This document shows positions 11,050-21,493 of a stretch of 39,366 bases of DNA, in pieces (the stretch's first letter is position 1; each line of letters starts with the position of its first letter). The DNA is from Asterionella formosa. Lineage: Eukaryota. The translations under genes and the position numbers were made by a program. The notes beneath the pieces were generated by a model. That model did no database searches. It was not told where the DNA came from and saw only the letters and a list, made by a program, of their open reading frames with translations. The stretch covers positions 1-39,366 of the forward strand of contig NKIB01014066.1 of NCBI GenBank assembly GCA_002256025.1. The letters run 5' to 3'.

Positions 11050-11800
11050 GCTACTCTGTACTGAGTATAAATGGACAATCTCTTGACGCGCATGTGAGTC
11101 TACTAACTAGGGGCAGCACTCATTCCCATACCGCCTACCTTTCTTTCTTGTTACCACCCAACCTCTCAAGTGTCAATTATCCCTAGACTGCCGCTGGCTT
11201 CTTGCCGATTCCCTCAATTTGGGGGGATTTCCTGCAATGATGGATCTCGCCTACACAGACACTCACAGCACCAACAAGAGAATAACACGAGGTTTTTTCT
11301 TTGTTATTTACTCTCCCAACAAATAAGGACTCAGCCTGTACAATCCTACACTATGAAGGGGGAGATTGTTGCAATCTTGGATGTCATTATTCTTTTCACC
11401 AGCCACTTATCACTGGAACACCAGAGATAGTGGAGATATGTCCCATGGCAGCAGAAGAGCAGAAAGGGGGAGATTATAGCACCACAGAAACCAAGCAAAT
11501 GAATTGATGAGAAAATTATTCATATTTGTTTGACATTTTAAGATCGATTCCACAGCAAACCTGGGCAATCCTGTGGCAACCATATCTTGGTTAACAGATT
11601 GAATGAAGGGACCAAGTAACAGAGAAATATTGCAACATACCTCTGGTATAGTCATTCAATGATGAACAGGCACAGTATAGTGGCCAAATGTATGACCAAT
11701 TCATATGTATGTTGAACCCATGGATTTATAGCAGACAGGCAGCTGCTACCAGCAGCAGTAAAACCAACAGGGTATGAAATTTATGTATAGAGCACACATT
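11050..11800 (+). mobile_element. Possible highly degenerate 3' fragment of a non-LTR retrotransposon
   Basis: CpG-poor block. Broken translations IWGDFLQ*WIS and WNTRD...HG resemble the IGW..FL.G.IS / W..RN...HG C-terminal motifs I recall for diatom LINEs. Weak. Confidence 0.3.
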
Positions 11801-11945
11801 ATAGTATAATTTCACATTTATTTGGTAACATTTTTTCTCTTTGTGTGTCTGCCAAGGATGGGGTTTGTAGTGATTTGCACTGCAGTTGTTCATACCTTGT
11901 TTCCACTTTTTTCATTTACTAAGAACCATGTCTATTAGTACCGGA

Positions 11946-12126
11946 TGGAGAATGGCTTAATTGGTGAGCACTCATCCTCATGACGAGGTGGCGGGTTCGA
12001 TTCATGCATTTTCCACCTTTCTTTGTTCTTTTATGTAGTCCCCAGGGTTCCGGATGGTGAGGCTGACAAAGCGACAGGTCCCGTTGCTTGTGTACATACC
12101 GTACGGACGAATAAAATCGGTTCTAA
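11946..12126 (+). mobile_element. tRNA-derived SINE-like element
   Basis: Pol III A box TGGCTTAATTGG (11953) and B box GGTTCGATTC (11994). An imperfect cloverleaf at 11946..12015 is followed by a ~110-bp non-tRNA body ending AATAAAATCGGTTCTAA. Confidence 0.65.
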
Positions 12127-12129
12127 TTG

Positions 12130-12901
12130 TGTCCATTCAAGTGGGCATGAGTGCGATTTTTGGATAGCAAAGTTACTTTGACTCAATTACCAACTCATTC
12201 AACAACCTTTTTTGCAAATGTTCCTTTGTTCCTATTTTGATTCTTTGTTGAGGTTGATTTGTTGCACCAACTTATCTCTAGACTTGTGGCTGGTTTTTTT
12301 GAATTCGGTTTTAAGTAGCTTGGGACATGATTCCTTTCCTTTGGGTCTCCCATAGCTGCAGTCAAGTTTTGCACATTAGCCTTGGGTGGGACTTCGGGTG
12401 GGTGAATTTTTATCTGAAGACTATAAATTTCTAAGGCTTGGTGATCAATGATTTGCTTTGTTGAAAGCCTATTCACAGAATTGTGAGCTTTCTGCCTTGA
12501 AACCCTCTGCATGGTTGTTCTCTGGCAGATCGACTCTTCCATGACCTTCTTCTTGCATGGTTTACATGTCGCTTGCTTACTTTTGAACTTCATTTTCAAT
12601 TTTGCTAGGTTTTTCATTTGCTTCCATGGTTGCTCAGTTTTTCCTCAGCCTGCCTGTATTCCGAACTCTCCTGTCATTCTGCGGCTTCAATGCGCGCTTC
12701 GTGCACATCCCTTACACATGGAGCACTTGTCGTTACGGATAGGATTCGGATGCCAGGGCAGCACGAAATGGATTTTCAAGCTATTAGTTTAATGTATGCT
12801 AAATTAATATATTCCTTTTATCGCCATCAGAAAAGGGAAAATTACCCCTCCTTGGCAAAAAGCGTCATCAGAAGAACTCTATCAATTCTGACTTAAACTG
12901 G
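12130..12901 (-). mobile_element. Truncated TA|CCAGT-ended DNA transposon (one end plus degenerate N-terminal ORF)
   Basis: The terminus reads TA|CCAGTTTAAGTCAG on the minus strand. Its subterminal region is shared with 33481-33664 (44/46 identity, 12715-12760 vs 33619-33664). Basic ORF at 12195..12617. Confidence 0.65.
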
Positions 12902-12975
12902 TACCAGGTACCTGGTAACACTTCTGTATGGTGGTGGTTCTCCATCCCGGGCAATAGACACCCAGCGAAGGGATA

Positions 12976-13290
12976 CCAGTTAATGTCAATATTGCGAAAG
13001 TTAGAAATCACACCTCAAACATCGTTGTCACCATTTGTGAAAAGGGTTTAAATTAACTTTTAAGTTTAAAAAATAAAGTTATTTTAGCTTGTACTCAATC
13101 CGTGTTCATATTCATTTCATCATTAGAAACACACACCTTCATTCACCATGGAGAACGACTACGACCGTGTTCCTTATACCGGTCCGTTCAGAGGCGTTCT
13201 GGCAAACAAATGTTTTTGCTCCTTAGTAACTTCGTCTATAAAATTAACTTTAACGTACTATAATAATTTAATTAAGATCATTTCAACAGT
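12976..13290 (+). mobile_element. Another TA|CCAGT-type transposon end (relic; right boundary uncertain)
   Basis: TA|CCAGTTAATGTCAATATTG at 12974 resembles CAGATAATGTCAATTTTG at 33481. Confidence 0.4.
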
Positions 13291-13705
13291 AGTACCGGAT
13301 GCAATATAGTTTATGTTTACATATGTATAATAATATGTACAGTGCTTGTTACTTTCTAGACTGCTGGTATCGTATCGATGTAAATATTTGATGATTTATA
13401 TACCTATACTACATACCGGTATGTTGTATTGAGAACAAAGATACATTCTTAGCTATGTGATCCGGATAAAAATTGTCATCTTAAACCACAAACAATACAT
13501 ATTGTGAAGCTGTTTTGAGAAATATACGGGCCACTACACTAAATGGAGAGAAAGCAACTCTATCGAACTCGTAGTATACAAACAAAAAGGGTAATAAATC
13601 AAGTCTGACAAGGCAGCGAAAAACAACCGGCAAACAATTCGCTGAATTAAGTCTAATCCCAGAGTGCCCCATAATACAGGCCGATTCGATAACTACCAAA
13701 ATCAC

Positions 13706-16700
13706 TTACTCCTCGTCCAGCGCAGATCCGCATGTCAATATATCTTGGAGCTCGGGGAAAATCTCTAGCCATAACAAATCAAATAACATGTATGCCATTG
13801 ATTTGGTGACCATACGGTTTTGCAGCATCTCATGCAAAATGTCAAGTCCATTCTGAGTAATATTCTGTCCAAGCACAGCTTTAATTTGATCTGGGAAAGC
13901 CTCGCCTAGACCTAATTTCGCTTTCGAAGCGAGTGATATCTCCTCATCTGGAGTCAATGCTGGGGATGATGTGAAGAAAACGCCATCAGGCCAGATCATA
14001 TCAAGCGTAAAGTGGACCCAGCCCGCCAATGCCTCGGCGTTGACGAACTTCACGTGATTTTCATACAACATCTTTCGGAATTCACCAGAAGTGGTAACCG
14101 CAAATGACATAGTCTTCATTGCAGCAAACATTCGGTTTCGAAAGAATGAAGCATTGTCAAAGTCGAACTGGTAACGAATGAGGTCGAAGATCGCATGACG
14201 AACTTGAGACAGGGGCACTTCGTCAATCTTTGCTTTTATAGACGGAATCATGCTTATTTCTTTGACCTTAGCAATTCTTGAAGGTTGCTCCTCGAGATCG
14301 CCTGTACTTTTTACCGCAAGAGACACAGCCTCATTTTTCTTCACAGAGGAACTGGTTCCAATGCTCCTTACTGAGTTGCTTGGGACACTGTCAATTCCGG
14401 TGGTGACATTCGGCAGAGAATCAAATAAGGATGCATCGCTACGGAAATGAACTGACTTGTTTTCGACTATGTCCTCGCTTTCGTGAATTGACCTTCTCGA
14501 GACTTCTCTTTCTGCAATGTGGATATTTCGAATAATGTCGACCCTGCCAAACGGATCGGTGACGGGATTCATTGGTGAGCCACCTGTCACAACTTCAGAC
14601 GGAAGTGGACATGAGGCGCCCAAAAACAGCAATAGCTCGGAACAGCGATTAAGGAGATGATTTGGCGACAAAAGATACTTGAGGTAACTATCTGTGACTG
14701 CACATCGCTTTTGGATAGACTTCTTTGTCAACCCAAGCCCGGCACTTTTGGTAGCTTGCCCAAGAGAAGGTATCAACGCCTGACGACGCCGAGGTCCGAC
14801 TCCGATTCCTCCAACTGAAAACGCCGCAGTAGCGGCACCAACTAAACGTGCTCCTGCACTTACTGACTGTTCTGTCGGTGCCACTTGACTCTTAAGCTGC
14901 TTATGGAGAATTGCGAAATCTTGAAATTGCCTCCATACAGTCCATTCCTCGCGGAACACCTTAGCGTCAGACGTTGATGACTTATATGATTTCCTGTCTT
15001 CTTCATCGATCTCTTCTTCGCATAGCTCAACTATTGCGACACACCGGATTCTAAACATAACTACTGTCGGAGCCATTGCTAAAATTGCATGCCCGGGCTC
15101 CTTGACAGTTGTTGCTCCTTCGATCTGAGCTGTCAAGCTACGAATTATGGTTGGATATCGTGGCACGAGCAATCCGTTTCGTCTGAGCTGCTCTCTGTCA
15201 ATGTGATTGATTCCAAGCTTTAAGTCTCTCAACAGGATTGATTGCTTTTCACGTTCTGGACTGCTAGCATAGTCAAGAAGAGTCACAGTTGGCCACAGTA
15301 GCGCTTCAGTTCGAGATTTCGTTGCGCTACGTGCAGAACCTGCCATGACACATTTGGTCAAACACATTTGCTGTGCTTCCTGTCGAGCTTCCGTAATCAA
15401 AATTGCAGCGCGAATGTGTGACGATCGATACGGCTTCACCTCAGTGACTGAACCATCACCTTGTTTTCTGTTGTACTTGAGGAACAGAACTGGGTACCCA
15501 TCCTTGCCGACCTCAACATTCGATCGTCTAATAGCTCGGTGTTTGCTACCCTTTTCAATATGGTCGCTGCTTACTACCTCGTCGTCACCGTCGTAGTCCC
15601 AATCTCGTCCAATATGAAGTAGCGCCAAACTCAAGGCTGCGTCGCTGATTTCAAGGCTACTAGCGTCGGCACGATGAGTACCAGTTGCTGAGGAGTCGTA
15701 CACTGTAAATTTCTTTCCGTCAAGGTCCACCATAGGACGTTCAAATAGTGATACTCTGTACACAAAGTCGATTGCTTTTCCACTTCGTGGAGCTGCCGTA
15801 AAGTCCGTTGTTTCCATTACAGAGCTTGCCAGGAGAGAACCCGACCGAGGAACACTGCCTTTGGGTGCCCACTTCTGACAGAGGTGACGTTCCTTCAAGA
15901 AATCGCCTGTCAGAATACCGGGCGAGCTTGCTAGGTTCACCGTCTCCGGTACTCGATCTTGCCGCTGATCAAGCTGTCGTCCATCATTTGGTAATTCAAT
16001 CGAGGCAGTGCGATCATTTGGGTAGTACTTAAGTAGACATCGACGAATGTATTTAGCTCCTCCATGTTTTGACGAGCCTTGTCGAGTAAGTGGTTCCTCA
16101 TACGTAGCAGCGAAACACTTGTAGCTCTGGTCATGATTCCTTGGATCCCGGTGAACTCCAACAGCAACCAAAGGCCTGGGTTGAGCTCGAAGAAGGAATG
16201 ACGAGTCTTCGTCAGGAACCTCAATCCTTCGCTTTTGACTTGCCATTTCAATTGTCAACAACGAAAGCGGTAAGATCTCACTTTTTGCACCGTCTGCTTG
16301 CTCTCCGCTATTCTTGCGGCGTCCCCCGCTTCGAAGCGACAGCATATTCGTGCCTGCATAAAGGATTCTGGAGACTTGATGCAATTCCCGTTGAAAGGCG
16401 ATCGACGCCTCTGACGCTCCCTTGGACCGGCAGATAACAGGAATGCCCTTCGTAGTCTCTTGGGTAGCAGTTGCGTTCAACCACGACTGCGTTCGCCTAT
16501 CCCGTTCCGACCGAAGACTAGCAGCAAAATTTTCGTTTTTTCTAAAGTCAAGATACTTTGGTGTGGCTGTTCCAATCGCTTGAGGGACTGGAAGGGGCGA
16601 GGCCTTGTTGGGTTCGGTCTCGTTTTCGGGTGCATCGAATGCTCCAACACCCATCAGTCTTGAGAATCTGCCACTTTTTGACGGTCGCTTGACTTCTTCT

Positions 16701-19483
16701 TGTGTCAGCTTGTTTTGCTGTACAACAAGCGGCAGCGGATTTCTTTCATGACGCTCGCTATTAGGCGTAGGGACAACAGAACATCCATGTTCGTTGACGT
16801 CCATATTGGCGCTAGACAATACCGACAATGTATCCACCAGAATAGGAACCCCGTCCAAAGATCGAAGCTGCCTTACAAAACCAACAGCATTTTGGGGCGT
16901 TCGTAAGAAAGAGTGCTTGTGATAGAATGGAACTAATAAAGAGTTGGGAGCGTTCATGAGTACTGTGATAACTCGGTGAGCTTGACCGGAATGGAGCCAT
17001 GCTGCAACAAGAGTTCGCGTAGTTGCTAGCTCCTGCTCACTTGGACGCAAGACGGCATCGGGGTTGAAGGCAACCAGGCTGTCGGCTTCGACGTCATCTT
17101 CCATCCATAAATCTTCAATCTTCATAATTCTTTCCTGAAAACCCTCAAGGTCGCTTGTCATATCCATTAAAACATTAATCAAAGAATCTGGTTCATACTT
17201 GGCAACAGATAGCTCAACTACGCCGTTGTTATTTTCAGTCAGAACCCCAGTGCTCGCATCTGACTCAATTTGGTTGGGTGCCTCCAATCTGACGTTTCTT
17301 CGTCCATGAATAAGTGCAGCTTCTAAGACAAGGACGAGCTGCGTGACAGCAGTTTGGCAACCTATATCGTCCCAATTTATGGCTGTCCTTCCTTCACGGC
17401 AATCTTCAAAATCGCAAAATCCCTGCAGGTCAATGAGGGACATGGTCAGGAGAGGGAGTATAAAATCTCCGGTGGGTGGCAGCCTCACAACAGGAGCAGA
17501 AGCTTTGTCATTCTCGTCCCTTAGACTTATGCTTGCTGAGTGCACTCGACCGGTACCTGATTCGTCAATAGTATCTTCGTCATCTGTCCCAGAATGAGCA
17601 TCTTGATTATGATCTTCTTCTTCCAACGAAAGTAAATCCTTCAAAGGAGATGATCGGAAGAAACTTGCTGAACTCATCTCATGGGCGTCCTGGCTGCTAC
17701 AAACTGAAGGGGTTCTCGCAATGATGTCGGCCATGCTCATTGTCAATTCTTGGCCCTGCCCATCCTCTACATCAATTTCTGATTCTTGCACAGGCTTCCA
17801 AATGTTTGCCTCTTCCAACCTCATTTCGACGCTGTCCTCCATGATCTCATCTTGTGGTCCCGTTTCTACTTTGCCAGTTGCAATAACCTCCAATGTATTC
17901 TCGGCCACATTGTCTGGATTAGGCGTACACGCTTGCAAAATCCATCCATTCAGATAACTTGGACAGAAACATCCCATAACTGGTGTTAGGACACATCCCG
18001 CCAATAATTCAGTCACCATACTGCGAATAAGGGGCGAAGAATATTCTGCTCTTGGCAACAACGCTCGCGCCAATCGGTTGCCAAGGACACGATTGTAATC
18101 CAGTTCGCATTCATACAGCATTTTTGTTCCAAAAAGCCGCATTTCCAAGACCTTGTCTTCGTCTAAATCTAAATCTTCTCCTCCACTATCTCCTATGCCA
18201 CAGTCTTCTCCTTTGGAATCAGCATACAATAGTGATGGAACGTCCATGCCAAAGGTTACAGCTCGATGTAGCTTGCAATTCATGAGAAATTCTCTCGTTA
18301 CCGCCATTTCCGACACAACAGTCAAGGGCGTGACCTTGTCCTCTGCTTCTTCCGTCGTAATATGCGACGAAGAGGATGTTTTACTCGCGGATGCTCGTAA
18401 CCGTCTAGATGATTTTAGGGTTGTTGGCATCGACTTCGCCAGAGCCTTATTTCTCATTTGCCTGTACACTTTCAGTGTATGACCAATAACTTTGGTCCAT
18501 TTCAACAGTATTAGAGAAAGCAGATTGACGCCTTCGACACGCTGAGCCAGGTTTCCAAACATGAGAGCCAATGATGTGTACATGCTTCCCATCATTGGCA
18601 CTGGACGATGTCCAGTGGTGGACAATAGCATGATCCGCTGCTTGGGCTCGCTGGATGCTCCATCAAGGTCACTTGTTGGTGTATTATTTTGGGATCTCGG
18701 TGTGCCATTGTTATATTCCTTGACTTCGTTGGAGGACGTGGCTTCGGCAAGTCGCGTCCGCTTTCTGGCTTCATCTTCATATGTCACGCTACCATCAACC
18801 ATGCTGTACCACGAGCTGACGTAATCTCTCATAATGTGTTCAATGAACTTTCCAAGTTGTAACGAAACTGGAGCTGCCAAGTGTGGCATTATCTCTCTTA
18901 TCATTTGTACTGCCTTGAAGTGCGTTTCAGGGGCATCCGTGAAGGGGTAATTCATGGCCAAAAACGGTGAACTTCGCTTGATGATTTGCGCACGCAAAAT
19001 ATGGTCTGATACATCGTAGCCAGCAGATGACATGAGAGAAGAGTACACTGTGTCGTCGTCCCATGCAGATGATATGCTCTGTCCCCTGTTCTTGCTTGAA
19101 AGGCCGATTCCCTTGGGGGTGGAAGGTCGAGGCAACTGCGCATTCGCTTCCGCTAACGATGAGCGTTTCTGATCCCGATGCGCCAGATCAGTAAGATAGT
19201 CATAAACATGAGTGGCCAGTCCAAGGCCAAGACCGATGCCGAGGGCAGTCCCGACAATGGTCAACGTGAATGTGTAGGCGGGATAGAATATCCATCGTGA
19301 CAGCAGCTCTGCGTTACCTGACAAGACAATGGAAGCAATTACTGCTGCTGACGGAGCGTAGATAGCATTCATTCCATGTTTGCAGTAAAGTTTCTTCGCT
19401 TGCTCCACTATTATTGGGGAATAATGGTGCTGTGCACGCATTGTTTGATCGGTGGCAGTCGCGTGATCTTCGCTCGCCGTCAT
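13706..19483 (-). CDS. Large sorting-nexin/Mdm1-like protein: TM - PXA - RUN-like - PX - Nexin_C (about 1925 aa, apparently intronless)
   Basis: PXA motifs FIEHIMRDYVSSWY and LIRSMVTELLAGCVLTPVM. PX motif WTVWRQFQDFAILHKQLK...ELLLFLG. Nexin_C motifs IWPDG, AFPDQIKAVLG and LQN...LFDLLWLEIFPEL. First ATG at 19483. Confidence 0.85.
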   Translation of the reverse strand: MTASEDHATATDQTMRAQHHYSPIIVEQAKKLYCKHGMNAIYAPSAAVIASIVLSGNAELLSRWIFYPAYTFTLTIVGTALGIGLGLGLATHVYDYLTDLAHRDQKRSSLAEANAQLPRPSTPKGIGLSSKNRGQSISSAWDDDTVYSSLMSSAGYDVSDHILRAQIIKRSSPFLAMNYPFTDAPETHFKAVQMIREIMPHLAAPVSLQLGKFIEHIMRDYVSSWYSMVDGSVTYEDEARKRTRLAEATSSNEVKEYNNGTPRSQNNTPTSDLDGASSEPKQRIMLLSTTGHRPVPMMGSMYTSLALMFGNLAQRVEGVNLLSLILLKWTKVIGHTLKVYRQMRNKALAKSMPTTLKSSRRLRASASKTSSSSHITTEEAEDKVTPLTVVSEMAVTREFLMNCKLHRAVTFGMDVPSLLYADSKGEDCGIGDSGGEDLDLDEDKVLEMRLFGTKMLYECELDYNRVLGNRLARALLPRAEYSSPLIRSMVTELLAGCVLTPVMGCFCPSYLNGWILQACTPNPDNVAENTLEVIATGKVETGPQDEIMEDSVEMRLEEANIWKPVQESEIDVEDGQGQELTMSMADIIARTPSVCSSQDAHEMSSASFFRSSPLKDLLSLEEEDHNQDAHSGTDDEDTIDESGTGRVHSASISLRDENDKASAPVVRLPPTGDFILPLLTMSLIDLQGFCDFEDCREGRTAINWDDIGCQTAVTQLVLVLEAALIHGRRNVRLEAPNQIESDASTGVLTENNNGVVELSVAKYEPDSLINVLMDMTSDLEGFQERIMKIEDLWMEDDVEADSLVAFNPDAVLRPSEQELATTRTLVAAWLHSGQAHRVITVLMNAPNSLLVPFYHKHSFLRTPQNAVGFVRQLRSLDGVPILVDTLSVLSSANMDVNEHGCSVVPTPNSERHERNPLPLVVQQNKLTQEEVKRPSKSGRFSRLMGVGAFDAPENETEPNKASPLPVPQAIGTATPKYLDFRKNENFAASLRSERDRRTQSWLNATATQETTKGIPVICRSKGASEASIAFQRELHQVSRILYAGTNMLSLRSGGRRKNSGEQADGAKSEILPLSLLTIEMASQKRRIEVPDEDSSFLLRAQPRPLVAVGVHRDPRNHDQSYKCFAATYEEPLTRQGSSKHGGAKYIRRCLLKYYPNDRTASIELPNDGRQLDQRQDRVPETVNLASSPGILTGDFLKERHLCQKWAPKGSVPRSGSLLASSVMETTDFTAAPRSGKAIDFVYRVSLFERPMVDLDGKKFTVYDSSATGTHRADASSLEISDAALSLALLHIGRDWDYDGDDEVVSSDHIEKGSKHRAIRRSNVEVGKDGYPVLFLKYNRKQGDGSVTEVKPYRSSHIRAAILITEARQEAQQMCLTKCVMAGSARSATKSRTEALLWPTVTLLDYASSPEREKQSILLRDLKLGINHIDREQLRRNGLLVPRYPTIIRSLTAQIEGATTVKEPGHAILAMAPTVVMFRIRCVAIVELCEEEIDEEDRKSYKSSTSDAKVFREEWTVWRQFQDFAILHKQLKSQVAPTEQSVSAGARLVGAATAAFSVGGIGVGPRRRQALIPSLGQATKSAGLGLTKKSIQKRCAVTDSYLKYLLSPNHLLNRCSELLLFLGASCPLPSEVVTGGSPMNPVTDPFGRVDIIRNIHIAEREVSRRSIHESEDIVENKSVHFRSDASLFDSLPNVTTGIDSVPSNSVRSIGTSSSVKKNEAVSLAVKSTGDLEEQPSRIAKVKEISMIPSIKAKIDEVPLSQVRHAIFDLIRYQFDFDNASFFRNRMFAAMKTMSFAVTTSGEFRKMLYENHVKFVNAEALAGWVHFTLDMIWPDGVFFTSSPALTPDEEISLASKAKLGLGEAFPDQIKAVLGQNITQNGLDILHEMLQNRMVTKSMAYMLFDLLWLEIFPELQDILTCGSALDEE

Positions 19484-20303
19484 GGTCAACTTGTATTCGG
19501 TATGTCCCTGTACGATGATTTTTAAATTATGATTTGACACAATGACACAAATTTATTCTACCGGTATCAGACTACAGTTATTATTAGACGCTTCCATATT
19601 GTATACCGGTAGATACCGGTAGTCTACCGGATCGTATATCACTCGACAGTATACGGTATATTTATTTGCCTTCACTCTCCTGGTGATGCGGGCTGCTGAG
19701 GAACTTCTCAGTAGGAGTGTCCCAGGTATAAAAACCAGTAAAAATCGGCACATAGAAAGGAATCCTCGGTTATCTTCCGCATTTATGTATTCAGTAATTT
19801 GGCAGAGACTAATACTTTAGCTATCTTTATCCGATATTAAATAGTTCATTCAAGCAAAATGACCGCAGGTTGCAGGTACTGGAACCTTCCGTCTCAGCAT
19901 GCTGATGATCCTGTCTGAAACTTTCATAGTAATAAGTCCACCAGGAATACATACATGCCGTCTAAATAATTAATCTATTATATACAGATCCTCATGTCAG
20001 AAGGATTAAATGCTACACTACCCGGTACAACAGCAAGAAAGGCAGCCAGCGAGCATTTCTCATTGCTCAATCATGCTCGGCTTGCTACATATATGTTCCT
20101 TCCAGATTTAATTGATCCCCGATACCGTTAGACTACCGGTTCAAAAGCAATGATAAACAAAGTTAACGGCGCCGGACAGGCTGAGCACATAGGACTATTC
20201 AACCACTCAAATATTATATACACACATGTATTACTGTACATATCAAAAACACAACAAGAATGACACCAAACAACAAGACTTGAAAAAATATATGTACGAT
20301 AAA

Positions 20304-20351
20304 CGGTAGGCAGGTGTACCGGTAGGCAGGTGTACCGGTAGGCAGGTGAAC
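20304..20351. repeat. Three tandem 16-bp units CGGTAGGCAGGTG(T/A)AC
   Basis: Seen directly; unit junctions recreate TACCGGTA. Confidence 0.9.
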
Positions 20352-20476
20352 CTGTATACAGTTCGTCGGTATCAGCAACTAACCTAAACACCAGTCTTCT
20401 CCATTCCTCTCTCGCTCCCCCCTCTCTCTCTTGTACTAATCAACAAATAAACCTTGGCATTGGAATCATCATCATC

Positions 20477-21493
20477 ATGACAAGAAGCAACACCAACACG
20501 AAGATGCAGTCAGTTGTACAACGACAATTTGGATTCTTCATCCTTGTTATTGTTTCCTTGTCCACGTTAACTACTGCGGCTACGTCATCCTTATCTCAAT
20601 TGGTAAATCTTATTCCATTCGATGTTTCCATTGTCCTTGTTTCTGATAGTGCAACTGCAACAAAAGTTGATACAGCAACCGTGACAACATTGGTAACGAG
20701 TGATTTGACAGTTTGTATTCAAAATATCAGTTCGTCGTTGTATGCATTGGATCAGATATTGTTGGAAGAAATCATTAGTGTTGAGACAAGACGACGATTG
20801 ACAACAACAAAGAATTATATTGCAACTTTCAAGGGTGTCTCTATTTGGAAAACCAATGTCAATAATACAATTATTCCAGATGCAACCATAGTGGCTGGAT
20901 TTGAAGTCACATGCTTAACGACGGCTCGTACAAGGTTATTAGCCAGATTTACAAATGAGAATGGTTCAGCAAGTGGGTTAGGATCATCTGTTGTTGATGT
21001 ACGTGCAACCATTAATCCCAATGCTGATACTACAACAACAAGCAATGGCAATAGCAATGGGGGTGGTGGCTTGGATGTGGTAATTATAGTGGCAATTTGC
21101 ATTGCGAGTATTGCAGTGCTTTTATTGTTATTTGCCTGTTACATGGCATGGAATGGAAATCGTCAACGCACTGCCAAGAAGAGTGGTAGTACGACAGTTC
21201 AAGATTCATATGATCCAGCTGTTATTGTGGTACCATCGGAAATTGGTAGTGGCAACGACAATGATAATGGTTATCCAGAATCTGTCATTTCCGAAGATAT
21301 TTCAACATCATTGACTGCATATTACAAGTCAGGGACAACGACAAATATGCCAATGAGCTTGAGAGAGAAACAACAGGCTAGTTATTTAAATGATGCTGCA
21401 AGTGTTTCTTCTATGGAATCATATGGATATTCTCTTGATGGATATGCCAGTAGTATTGGTGGTGGTGGACACGCCCTTGCCATGAAAAAGTGA
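20477..21493 (+). CDS. Type I single-pass membrane protein of unknown function
   Basis: 338-aa ORF with a signal-like hydrophobic N-terminus, an RRRL processing-like motif, TM helix VVIIVAICIASIAVLLLLFACYMAW and a Ser/Tyr-rich cytoplasmic tail. Confidence 0.75.
   Translation: MTRSNTNTKMQSVVQRQFGFFILVIVSLSTLTTAATSSLSQLVNLIPFDVSIVLVSDSATATKVDTATVTTLVTSDLTVCIQNISSSLYALDQILLEEIISVETRRRLTTTKNYIATFKGVSIWKTNVNNTIIPDATIVAGFEVTCLTTARTRLLARFTNENGSASGLGSSVVDVRATINPNADTTTTSNGNSNGGGGLDVVIIVAICIASIAVLLLLFACYMAWNGNRQRTAKKSGSTTVQDSYDPAVIVVPSEIGSGNDNDNGYPESVISEDISTSLTAYYKSGTTTNMPMSLREKQQASYLNDAASVSSMESYGYSLDGYASSIGGGGHALAMKK

Noticed and set aside
11946..12015. Functional tRNA-Sec or opal suppressor (TCA at the anticodon position)
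   Set aside because: No U33 or purine-37, broken T stem and no long variable arm; better explained as a SINE head.
13481..13705. 74-aa ORF immediately after the nexin stop (readthrough?)
   Set aside because: The stop is TAA, the sequence is 3'UTR-like, and the Nexin_C domain is already complete.
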